From: an uncultured bacterium
GTDB lineage: Bacteria > Babelota > Babeliae > Babelales > Babelaceae
Length of the DNA: 64,000 bases
Assembly: GCA_963824495.1 (NCBI GenBank)
Contig: CAWGPQ010000011.1
Span: forward strand, 126,654 to 190,653
Direction of reading: 5' to 3'
Below the pieces are notes generated by a model, which did not search any database, had not been told where the DNA came from, and saw only the letters and a program-made list of their open reading frames with translations. Positions 1 to 8,587 of this stretch are shown here, one piece after another. The position numbers and the translations under genes are program-made. How positions within the stretch are numbered: the stretch's first letter is position 1; each line of letters starts with the position of its first letter.

Positions 1-972
1 CGTATTGGCTTTTCAGTAAATCAAGCACGCTATTGGTGTGATCTGCCTGCTAATATCTTAACTCCAACGGTATTGGCTAATCATGCAGATCGTATTGCCA
101 AAGCCCACAATCTGGGCGTTACAATCTTTAATGAAGCTGACATTATTGCTATGGGCATGGGTGGCCTTGAAGCAGTTTCTCGCGGCTCAGCAGAAGAGTG
201 CTGCTTAGTAGTTATGGAATATAAAGTTGAGCACAACAAAGCACCTACTATCGCTATTGTTGGCAAAGGCATTACCTTTGACTCGGGTGGCTTGAGCATT
301 AAGCCAGCTGCTGGCATGGAAGCAATGAAAGATGATATGGCTGGTGCAGCTGCTGTTATTTCTACCATGGAAGCAATTGCGCATTTAAAGCCACGCGTTA
401 ATATTATTGCTCTTGCGCCCCTAGCTGAAAACATGCCAAGTGGTACGGCAACACGACCAGGTGATATTGTGCGTTTCTATAATGGCAAAACTGCAGAGAT
501 TAAAAATACTGATGCTGAAGGTCGTTTAATTCTTGCTGATGCACTTGCCTATGCTGTGGCCCATTATAAACTTGATGGCATTATCGATATTGCAACATTA
601 ACGGGCTCATGTGCTGCCGCTCTCGGTCCATTCTTTTGTGGTCTTATGAGCAAAAATGATGAATTGAGCGATCGTGTGCTATTATCTGGCCAGCGCTCAG
701 GTGATCGTGCATGGCGTCTGCCATTTACCGACGATTACAAAGCAGCTATTAAATCTGACGTAGCTGATATATCTAATATTGGCCAAGAAAAATATCGTGC
801 TGGTGCTATTACCGCAGGATTCTTCTTGCTTAACTTTGTCGGCACAGTACCGCTTGTTCATCTCGATATTGCCGGTACTTCGTTTAACGTACCTGACATT
901 AGTTACTATAGACCCGGTGCCACAGGCTTTGGCGTCAGAATGTTTATTGATTTATTTACTATGTGGAAGTAA
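1..972 (+). CDS. pepA: Leucyl aminopeptidase (M17), 5'-truncated by window edge
   Basis: GKGITFDSGG, MKDDMAG, NTDAEGRL, DIATLTG and HLDIAG motifs; frame is open from base 1. Confidence 0.95.
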   Translation, partial: RIGFSVNQARYWCDLPANILTPTVLANHADRIAKAHNLGVTIFNEADIIAMGMGGLEAVSRGSAEECCLVVMEYKVEHNKAPTIAIVGKGITFDSGGLSIKPAAGMEAMKDDMAGAAAVISTMEAIAHLKPRVNIIALAPLAENMPSGTATRPGDIVRFYNGKTAEIKNTDAEGRLILADALAYAVAHYKLDGIIDIATLTGSCAAALGPFFCGLMSKNDELSDRVLLSGQRSGDRAWRLPFTDDYKAAIKSDVADISNIGQEKYRAGAITAGFFLLNFVGTVPLVHLDIAGTSFNVPDISYYRPGATGFGVRMFIDLFTMWK

Positions 973-1003
973 CGTCTTTAACACCATTTTAAGATCTTAT
1001 GAA

Positions 1004-1029
1004 CAAGGCTCTCGCACATGAGAGCCTTG
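1004..1029. terminator. Hairpin between convergent pepA and the peptide array
   Basis: CAAGGCTCTC-gcacat-GAGAGCCTTG, a perfect 10-bp stem; no clear U tract. Confidence 0.55.
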
Positions 1030-1125
1030 CCAATATTATTTACATAAAAAAGCATTTTTCAGGATCAATACAAGCCCTAGATTGGTTCTACATCCCTGTA
1101 TAATTTCTGTACCATAATCTAATGC

Positions 1126-1287
1126 CTACAGTTCTTCTTTCTTTTCGGTTGAGGGATTTGCTGGCTTCGGCTTAACAGTCCTTGGCTCGCCCACACCAGT
1201 ACCGGGTGGAAGTTGCCAAAGAGTAGTAGCCTCAATGACTAAATTGCTGAACAGTGACAATACTAATAGTATAAAAAGATAGGACAT
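1126..1287 (-). CDS. Small secreted peptide, WQLPxG family copy D (53 aa), not in ORF track
   Basis: Hand translation MSYLFILLVLSLFSNLVIEATTLWQLPPGTGVGEPRTVKPKPANPSTEKKEEL; GGAG RBS upstream; paralog of neighbours. Confidence 0.85.
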   Translation of the reverse strand: MSYLFILLVLSLFSNLVIEATTLWQLPPGTGVGEPRTVKPKPANPSTEKKEEL

Positions 1288-1317
1288 AACCACTCCCTTA
1301 TTGAATTGTGTTTTGGC

Positions 1318-1494
1318 CTACAACTCATCTTTTTTACCTGAAAAATCAGGCTTTTCGCTTGAAGAACTAGGGGTACTTGATTTATCTGGTTTCGCGTATG
1401 TTCCCGTTCCCATTGGAAGTTGCCAAAGCATAGCAGCTTCAGTAATTTGGTTGTTGAACAGCGATAATACTCAAAATATAAAGACGTAAGACAT
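1318..1494 (-). pseudogene. Small secreted peptide, WQLPxG family copy C (58 codons) with in-frame TGA at codon 8
   Basis: MSYVFIF*VLSLFNNQITEAAMLWQLPMGTGTYAKPDKSSTPSSSSEKPDFSGKKDEL; AAGGAAG upstream; TGA (1471-1473) aligns with TTA/Leu in copies B and D. Confidence 0.75.
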
Positions 1495-1528
1495 ACCTAC
1501 TTCCTTTAGACATTGTTAGACTTCAGTC

Positions 1529-1571
1529 AAAGTGAGCAGAAAGCGATAATTTATTTTCTGCTCACTTTTTT
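1529..1571. terminator. Hairpin inside the peptide array
   Basis: AAAGTGAGCAGAAA ... TTTCTGCTCACTTT, a 14-bp inverted repeat with T run on the + strand. Confidence 0.55.
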
Positions 1572-1593
1572 ACACACCCAAGTTACAAATTAT

Positions 1594-1767
1594 TTAAAGT
1601 TCTTCTTTCTCTTTGGTTGAGGGATTTGCTGGCTTTGGCTTGACGGGGCTTGGACTTGGCACACCGCCCCCTACGCCGACTCCAGATGGAAGTTGCCAAA
1701 CAGTGGTAGCTTCAATAACTAAATTGCTAAACATTGATACTGCTAAAAATATAAAAATATACAACAT
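1594..1767 (-). CDS. Small secreted peptide, WQLPxG family copy B (57 aa)
   Basis: MLYIFIFLAVSMFSNLVIEATTVWQLPSGVGVGGGVPSPSPVKPKPANPSTKEKEEL; strong AAGGAGG RBS before ATG at 1767. Confidence 0.85.
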   Translation of the reverse strand: MLYIFIFLAVSMFSNLVIEATTVWQLPSGVGVGGGVPSPSPVKPKPANPSTKEKEEL

Positions 1768-1807
1768 AACTACCTCCTTCTTATTCAAATACTGAAAAAA
1801 TCCAGCT

Positions 1808-1963
1808 TTATTTATCTTTCGTAGAAGGTAAACCTCCACCAACGCCTATGCCGGATGGAAGTTGAAATGATATAGCCACTGTACTGCCATATAAGCAGAG
1901 AGACAGAATTAAGCTTATAAAAAATTTATTTGCCAAAACCTGAAGTATTGGTTTATTATACAT
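1808..1963 (-). CDS. Small secreted peptide, WQLPxG family copy A (51 aa)
   Basis: MYNKPILQVLANKFFISLILSLCLYGSTVAISFQLPSGIGVGGGLPSTKDK; AAAGG upstream; shares QLPSGxGVGGG with copy B. Confidence 0.8.
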   Translation of the reverse strand: MYNKPILQVLANKFFISLILSLCLYGSTVAISFQLPSGIGVGGGLPSTKDK

Positions 1964-2059
1964 CACTGTACCTTTAGTTAAGCTATACAATAGCTCGTTA
2001 TTAAACAATTTGCATAGATAGTATAAGTAATACCATAAAAACATCAAGAAGAGTTTTCA

Positions 2060-4833
2060 ATGCGATCAACACAGCTTTTTCAAGAATTATTAACCAGCCC
2101 AGAATTACTGTTAATTGTAAAATTGCTCGGTGTGCTTATTAGAGCTTTTATTTTGTTAGCTCTATTGAGATTCCATGTCGATGCTCGATCATCCCGTAAA
2201 TCATGGTTTTTGATTATGGTAATTGTAACTGCTGCCATAATGATCGAAGTAAACTGGATAGTTGACTTAATTCGCAGAATTCATCCTTTTAAAATCAGCT
2301 ATTCGACTGGTTTATGTTCAATCAGAGTTGGATGGCTTTTTAGTGTCATTCAGTACTTAGCATTATCACTTTTTATCGACAGCCTCATACGTAAAGAGCA
2401 GAAATTTAAGCTAAACTCTCGACAAACGATATCGGTATTCTTTGGTGGAATGATAAGTGCTTATTTTCTATATCTTGCTATCAGTTCTTACATTACTCCT
2501 ACCCCTGAAATTCGACCAGCTTTAGAATTTTTAGTATGCCTAGTAGCATACTTTTATATATTTACCGTAGCCTTTTTGGGCATTTATCAAGCTATTAAGG
2601 GCTTATACCATGCTTGTATACCAAAGATTTTATCTGCCCAATTAAAAATATTTATGAAATATATGATATTTCCTCATTTATTACTTGAAATAATTTCATT
2701 TAATCCTTTTGAATTTTCTTCAACATACTTGAGGCAAAACTATTTTATTCTTAGCGTTTCTGACATTCTCATTATATGTTCGCTTTATTTTTGTGCCAAG
2801 AAAATGATGGGGTTGCGTTTTCTCAACATTTACGGCACTGTTCAATCAAGACCTCGATTTAATTTTCTTACAGATTTTAAAAATACCATCGATGATATGG
2901 GCTCTTCAAATTCTTTTAGTGAACTTAAACGTATTACACAAGCGTTTTTTAGCAAGGCTTTTGGTGTACCGGTAGAATCATGCAAGTTTTACATTCGTTC
3001 ATGGAAAGACGACTCTGTGATTAATCTTGATGATAAAGAAAGAGCACAAGATCTGCATATACAACGAACGGTCGAAAAGCTTATTACGCGAGATGACGAT
3101 GAAGCACAAGCCATTATGGCCCTTATGCGCAGAATCAAAGCTTTCGTTAAAGATGAAATAGAATTCACACATTTTTACGAAGAGAATGTTAATCAGGAAG
3201 CATTGCTCTCTTTGTTGGATGAGCTCAATGCTGATGTCTTTTTGCCTCTTTATGAAAAACATGAAGTAACTGGCTATATTATCATTGAAAAAAATGCCCG
3301 ACCACGTAAGTTATTTAGTGGATTTGAGCGTGATGAAATGTCTATTTTGTCAAACTATATAAGTAATGTTATAAGACTTCTCAAGCACAGTAATTGGGAC
3401 ACGCTTGTGCGTGAAGGAAAAGAGCTCAAAGAAGAAGTATATAATAAGCATCAAGAGGTCAATCAGTATAAAGAAAGTATGCGCTCGTTCTTTAGAAATT
3501 CAAAAGACCGCAAAATAGGCCTTCTGTTTTATCATAAACTGCGTAAGTTCTCATATGGCAATCAAGCAGGACAAGAGTTAGCTCCTCTTCGATCTTAATG
3601 TTCAAGTGGGTCACCCTCTTACTCAAACTCTCAAGAAACTTGTACATAATGTGCAACAATACAAAACTGCTCAAGAAGTTCTTACGCGAGATACTCAAGG
3701 CAGATCGTCTGGTAGCATCAGGGATACCAAGTCTGGAAGATAATTCTGTTATCGTAACACTCTATTACCCCGAAATTTTTGATATTATTAAGACACAACT
3801 TGATTTGCTTAAAGATCCTTCAAAATGGGATTATTTATTATATCTTGAGACTACCTCTTCGGGCCAACTTATTAATCAATTAGTACCGGGTAATGGCGAA
3901 ACATTGCTTAATTTTAAGATTGATCTGTTAAAGATTGCCTTAGGCAGAAAGGCTATTCTTCTGTGTATGCCTGAAGAAGATCTTATGCCAACCGCAGAAA
4001 TTATTCATAGCGTAAGCTTACGTACCAATTTGCAGGTACTCAGGCTTAAAGTTCCTGAAAAGGGCTGTGAGGTTGCTATGAAGCTTTTTGGTATAAATCC
4101 CCTTTTTGGCAAGTCTGATGCAGAATCGTTATTAGCACAGCTGAGTACCATTGGCACCCTCTTTATTGATAATATTGAGTTCTTAAGCTTGGATACTCAA
4201 GAATATCTTGCTGAATTTATCTCCTATGGTTTTTTTCATATTTTTAAAAGTAATCAAAAAATCACAAGCAATGCGCGTATTGTCTGCTCGAGTACTAAAG
4301 ATCTAGAGCTTCTTGCTCAAGAAGGTACTTTTTCTACGCGACTCTTACATGAACTAAAAAAGACAACGCTCAAAATGCCATCACTTCTGACACTTTTACC
4401 TGATGAACTTAATGAGCTTGCTGATGGCTTTACTGAGCAAGCAATTAAAAGCACTGAATTTAAGAATTTACTCGAACTTACTGATAAAGATCGAGCTCAC
4501 CTTATTGATCATCGTGCAATAAGCTTGCAAGAATTTAAAGAGCACGTAAAACAACTGCTTATTAAGAAGTCTACCAAGCAAAACATCTATAACGAAATCG
4601 AGTTTGAGCCTGCTTATGCTGTTTCAGATCCAACACTTTTTCAAGCAGTACAGCTTGGCAAGCATGCCCTTAAAGACGTGCAGGTTATGACATTCTTATG
4701 GAATAAATTTAAGAGCCAAACGAGAATTGCTACACTCTTGGGCGTGAATAAATCTTCAGTTAACCGACGCTGTAAAGAATATAAGTTAATTAGTGAAGAT
4801 GATGAAGATGAACTCCCTCTTGATGCTGATTAG
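2060..4833 (+). CDS. Multi-pass membrane sensor fused to GAF-like region, degenerate sigma54-activator-type AAA domain and Fis-like HTH; probably one gene split by indels near 3590 and 3702
   Basis: About 7-8 hydrophobic segments in the first ~250 aa; GTLFIDNIEFLSLDTQ and ARIVCSSTKDL match bEBP AAA motifs; QTRIATLLGVNKSSVNRR is HTH-like; a third frame reads through 3591-3702. Confidence 0.75.
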
Positions 4834-4871
4834 AAAAAGCCTGAACTACTATATCTATATTTTGATGCTTT

Positions 4872-6011
4872 TTAATGTTTGTCATGAGCAAAGAGCATGG
4901 TAGTACTGAGCTTTTCTGTCTGTACACAATTGATAATAACGCCAATAATACATAGTTGAGCAACAAGTGCTGAATTGCCGTAACTCACAAAGGGTAGACC
5001 TATGCCTTTTGTTGGCAACAGACCTGTTGTTACACATAAGTTGATAAGTGTCTGTAAGCTTGTAAGTATAACAAAGCCCAAAGTGGTAAAGATACCAAAA
5101 GGATCTTTTAAGTGCCACGCAATACGCAAGCCTGTGTATAAAAAAAAGATATAGATACACATAAGTAAGCATGAGCCAACAAGCCCTGTTTCTTCAGCAA
5201 TAATTGAAAAAATAAAATCTGTGTGCTGCATGGGTAGATAAAAAAACTTTTGTTTTGATTGGGCAATGCCTATACCCCACACATTACCTGACCCAATAGC
5301 TATGAGCGATTGAATAATTTGAAACCCCGCCCCTTGAGGATCTTGCCAAGGATTCAAGAACGTTAAAATGCGTTGAAATCGATAAGGCTTAAGATAAATA
5401 AGAATCATACCTACAGGTACTAAAGGAGCAAATGTTGCTATGACGTGAATAGTTTTGAGCTGTGCTATAAAGAAAAGCATAAACGCCATAGCACAGAGTG
5501 CTACCGTTTGGCCAAAGTCAGGTTGTTGTAAAAGCACGAGTGAAGCAAGCCCAAGAATACACATAAAGGGCAAATAACCAAAAACAAATGAGCGCAGTCG
5601 ATAATGCTTTTTTGATAAAAAATAGGCCATATACAAAATAACTGAGATTTTAAGAAGCTCGCTTGGCTGAAAGCTCAAGCTGCCCATATGTATCCATCGA
5701 CGCGATCCATGAATCGTTGACGAAAGCCATGAAACACTCGTGAGCATGGTTAGCATAAGTGAACCAAAAAACAAGAAGGGCGTTAAGCGCTTAAGTATAT
5801 CAAGAGGTATGAGTCGAAAAAAAACAAGCCCACATAATCCCAATAAAATACCAACAAGCTGTTTTTTAACAAAATAATGGGGCGAGCCAAATTTATCTAA
5901 AGCAAATACTGAGCTTGATGAATAAATAAAAATAAGCCCTATAACAATAAGCAGAGCTATACAACTGAGAAATACACTCAGCTCATGAGAGTTTTTTTTG
6001 ACAAGTTCCAT
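4872..6011 (-). CDS. ftsW: SEDS peptidoglycan polymerase FtsW
   Basis: GSRRWI, FQPSELLK, QPDFG, HTDFIFSIIAEE and LPFVSYG motifs; follows murD. Confidence 0.92.
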   Translation of the reverse strand: MELVKKNSHELSVFLSCIALLIVIGLIFIYSSSSVFALDKFGSPHYFVKKQLVGILLGLCGLVFFRLIPLDILKRLTPFLFFGSLMLTMLTSVSWLSSTIHGSRRWIHMGSLSFQPSELLKISVILYMAYFLSKKHYRLRSFVFGYLPFMCILGLASLVLLQQPDFGQTVALCAMAFMLFFIAQLKTIHVIATFAPLVPVGMILIYLKPYRFQRILTFLNPWQDPQGAGFQIIQSLIAIGSGNVWGIGIAQSKQKFFYLPMQHTDFIFSIIAEETGLVGSCLLMCIYIFFLYTGLRIAWHLKDPFGIFTTLGFVILTSLQTLINLCVTTGLLPTKGIGLPFVSYGNSALVAQLCIIGVIINCVQTEKLSTTMLFAHDKH

Positions 6012-6051
6012 ACGGCAATACTAATAAAAAGTAGATTACAGAGTCAATGTA

Positions 6052-7437
6052 TTATTTCTTTGTGCAGGCTATTTCTTGAGCATGTGTTACAAGTTGCTTG
6101 AAATGCTCACCTCGTTCTTGATAGTTGGCAAAAAGATCAAAACTTGCTCCCGCAGGAGAAAATAAAAGCGCATCTCCTGCTTGCGATTGATCAAGCGCTG
6201 CACAAAAGGCTTCTTCAAGCGTAGCATGTGCTGATGCAGAAATGTTGGCACGTAGACAATAGCTCTGTAATAGCTGCGCTTCTGCCCCAAAGCATATGAT
6301 GTGCTTAACCTTTCCGGTAAGGCGATTAACGAGATCGCTACGATCAACCCCTTTGCCGTAGCCACCAAGAAAAAGAATGATAGGATTGCCGCTGAGTTTA
6401 TTGACTGCAGCAAGCGTAGCTTCAGGCACGGTAGATTTTGAGTCGTTATAGAATACTCTGCCGTTAAGAGTAGCAACATGATCGAGTCTGTGGGCTGGAA
6501 GAGCAAGCTGAGCCTGCTTGAGATTGGATACTTCTATACCCATTAGGTCGAGAGCACCCAGTATACTCAGCCAATTGGCAGGATACGACAAAGAAGGGAG
6601 CGCTGCATTGTCTATAATAGCGTGCTCGGTGTCTCTTGTTTTTTTAATTATAACGTTATGAGCATGACTACGATAATATACTATGTCATGATTGCCGAGC
6701 TGAAGCTCAAGCTCTGAAGTAGGTTCAGCGTAAGAGAAGAAGGCAAGTGGTCGCGATTGAGTTGGTGCTTGAGCTCGAATTTGGGGTAAAAGCTCAAGGG
6801 GAAGTAGAGCTTTTTGGTATTGCTGCTGATGTGCGAGAATTTTATATTTTGCTAAAAAATAGTCTTGTAAATTTTTGTGTCGATCGAGGTGATTAGGATA
6901 TATATTGGTTATGAGTGCCAAATCAGGCGCAAAGTTTTTACAGGTTTCAAGCTGGAAACTTGAAACTTCGAGCAAAGCAACAGAGGCTTGATCGTAATCT
7001 TTTAGAAGATCGAGAGAGCCAACACCAATATTGCCACCGGTTGCTACCATGTTACCATGATGCCTGAGTATTTGCCAGAGCAGGGACGTAACAGAAGTCT
7101 TGCCCAACGTCCCCGTAATAGCAATAATAGGTTTTTGCCAAGCATGATAAAATAGGTCTAATTCTGCAAGCCATTTATGCTGAACATGCGTATACCTGGC
7201 TATATCTACGCCAGGGCTTGGAATAATGTAGTCGTTACATTCAAAAAAATCACTTATGGCATCTTCAGAGTAATAATGAATTGATTTTGACTGACAGAAC
7301 TCTTGCTGTTCAGCTGTTGCTCTTGTACGGTCAAGAACAGATAGGGTGCAATGCTTGTCATACAAGTAAGTAAGAACAGACCTACCAACAATGCCGAGAC
7401 CCCAGACACCTATTTTTTTGCCAACAATATCGATCAT
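6052..7437 (-). CDS. murD: UDP-N-acetylmuramoyl-L-alanine--D-glutamate ligase
   Basis: ITGTLGKTS, GNIG, EVSSFQL, NHLDRH, NDSKST, SPAGASFD. Confidence 0.95.
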   Translation of the reverse strand: MIDIVGKKIGVWGLGIVGRSVLTYLYDKHCTLSVLDRTRATAEQQEFCQSKSIHYYSEDAISDFFECNDYIIPSPGVDIARYTHVQHKWLAELDLFYHAWQKPIIAITGTLGKTSVTSLLWQILRHHGNMVATGGNIGVGSLDLLKDYDQASVALLEVSSFQLETCKNFAPDLALITNIYPNHLDRHKNLQDYFLAKYKILAHQQQYQKALLPLELLPQIRAQAPTQSRPLAFFSYAEPTSELELQLGNHDIVYYRSHAHNVIIKKTRDTEHAIIDNAALPSLSYPANWLSILGALDLMGIEVSNLKQAQLALPAHRLDHVATLNGRVFYNDSKSTVPEATLAAVNKLSGNPIILFLGGYGKGVDRSDLVNRLTGKVKHIICFGAEAQLLQSYCLRANISASAHATLEEAFCAALDQSQAGDALLFSPAGASFDLFANYQERGEHFKQLVTHAQEIACTKK

Positions 7438-7508
7438 GTATTGACGCTTTATGCTTAAGGGTTGTGCTTTGAAATAGTATAGAGCTATGTCAAACTAATG
7501 TGAACGCT

Positions 7509-7832
7509 TTAGTTTGGTATGTAATCTAGTGAACCAACTACTGGTGCGCCAACTTTAGGTGTCTGCTCTAAACGCTCCCCTGCTCTTTTGATTCTGTGTT
7601 GTGTAAGGTTACAATAAGGACCAACTGAGAGCATATAGGTCCATTTGCCATTCCAGCCGCCATAGGCATCGCAGAAGAATGGGCATTTTAGATTGGCGGT
7701 AGATTGATCGTAAAAGTCACCAGCTTCTATTTCACATCCAGGGCTACAGCCACAACGCGCGGCCTTGCTAGGTGAAGCTACGCTGAGTATGGTAAGTATA
7801 AGCGCATAGCATGTGAATATTTTCTTACTCAT
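7509..7832 (-). CDS. Secreted Cys-rich protein with MVL-like (mannan-binding lectin) domain
   Basis: Signal peptide; IEAGDFYDQSTANLKCPFFCDAYGGWNGKWT resembles the MVL family pattern AGP.W....A..KCP..C....G.WNGQW. Confidence 0.55.
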   Translation of the reverse strand: MSKKIFTCYALILTILSVASPSKAARCGCSPGCEIEAGDFYDQSTANLKCPFFCDAYGGWNGKWTYMLSVGPYCNLTQHRIKRAGERLEQTPKVGAPVVGSLDYIPN

Positions 7833-7999
7833 GATTCTTACTTATAATTCTTACTTATGATCTAGGTTCTTTCAAGACTACTTTTATTATATTGTAACAA
7901 AATAAATTCTGCTATTCAATAATATTGAGAAGCATGAAAATGCCAGCTTTAAACTCAGTATTTTTTTTCATAATGTGGTATACTTAGTATATAAAGATA

Positions 8000-8575
8000 A
8001 TGCTAGCCCTATCTATCGAGAGGGTAATCATGAAAATGCAGAATGACCTATTTGAATATTTGAGGCAGTTACATATAGTTACCACTACGATTACACACGA
8101 TCCTGTCTTTACTGTAGAAGAAGGGCAGGCATTGCAGTATACTTTAGAAGGTGGCCATTGTAAGAACCTTTTTCTCAAAGATGACGCCAGTAACTTTTGG
8201 CTTATAGTAGCCTTGATAGGTACGGCTATTAATTTAAAAACTGTAGGCAAACGCATTGGTGCAAAAAATTTAAGATTTGCCAGTGCTGATATGCTCTATA
8301 GTCACTTAGGTGTGACCCCTGGCTCAGTAACGCCCTTCGGTCTGATTAATGATACTAAGCACAGTGTAAGAGTAGTGCTTGATGCCAGACTCTTTACCTA
8401 TTCGGTAGTGTACGTTCATCCACTCGTTAATACCGCAAGTACAGCGCTGGATCCAGCTGATCTGGTAAAATTTGCTGTTTCGCTTTCGTATCAACCAATA
8501 ATTGTCGATTTTGCCGGTGATGTTATCCTGCAAAATACCACAGGGCTCATAGCGCTTAATTACGAAAAACGTTAA
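8000..8575 (+). CDS. YbaK/ProX-family aminoacyl-tRNA deacylase
   Basis: HDPVFTVEE, KNLFLKD, LGVTPGSVTPFGLIND, HPLVNTAS; true start may be 8030. Confidence 0.9.
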   Translation: MLALSIERVIMKMQNDLFEYLRQLHIVTTTITHDPVFTVEEGQALQYTLEGGHCKNLFLKDDASNFWLIVALIGTAINLKTVGKRIGAKNLRFASADMLYSHLGVTPGSVTPFGLINDTKHSVRVVLDARLFTYSVVYVHPLVNTASTALDPADLVKFAVSLSYQPIIVDFAGDVILQNTTGLIALNYEKR

Positions 8576-8587
8576 CACAAGGGTTTT

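Noticed and set aside
1471..1473. Alternative genetic code (TGA read as Trp/Gly)
   Set aside because: Long genes translate fully under the standard code and TGA serves as a stop elsewhere in the segment.
1126..1963. CRISPR array or DNA-level repeat suggested by recurring GGAAGTTGCCAAA
   Set aside because: Repeats are short, irregularly spaced and in-frame codons for WQLP in paralogous ORFs; no cas genes are present.
1126..1963. RiPP precursor cluster
   Set aside because: Leaders look like Sec signals and no modifying enzyme, peptidase-transporter or RRE protein is adjacent; enzymes acting in trans cannot be excluded.
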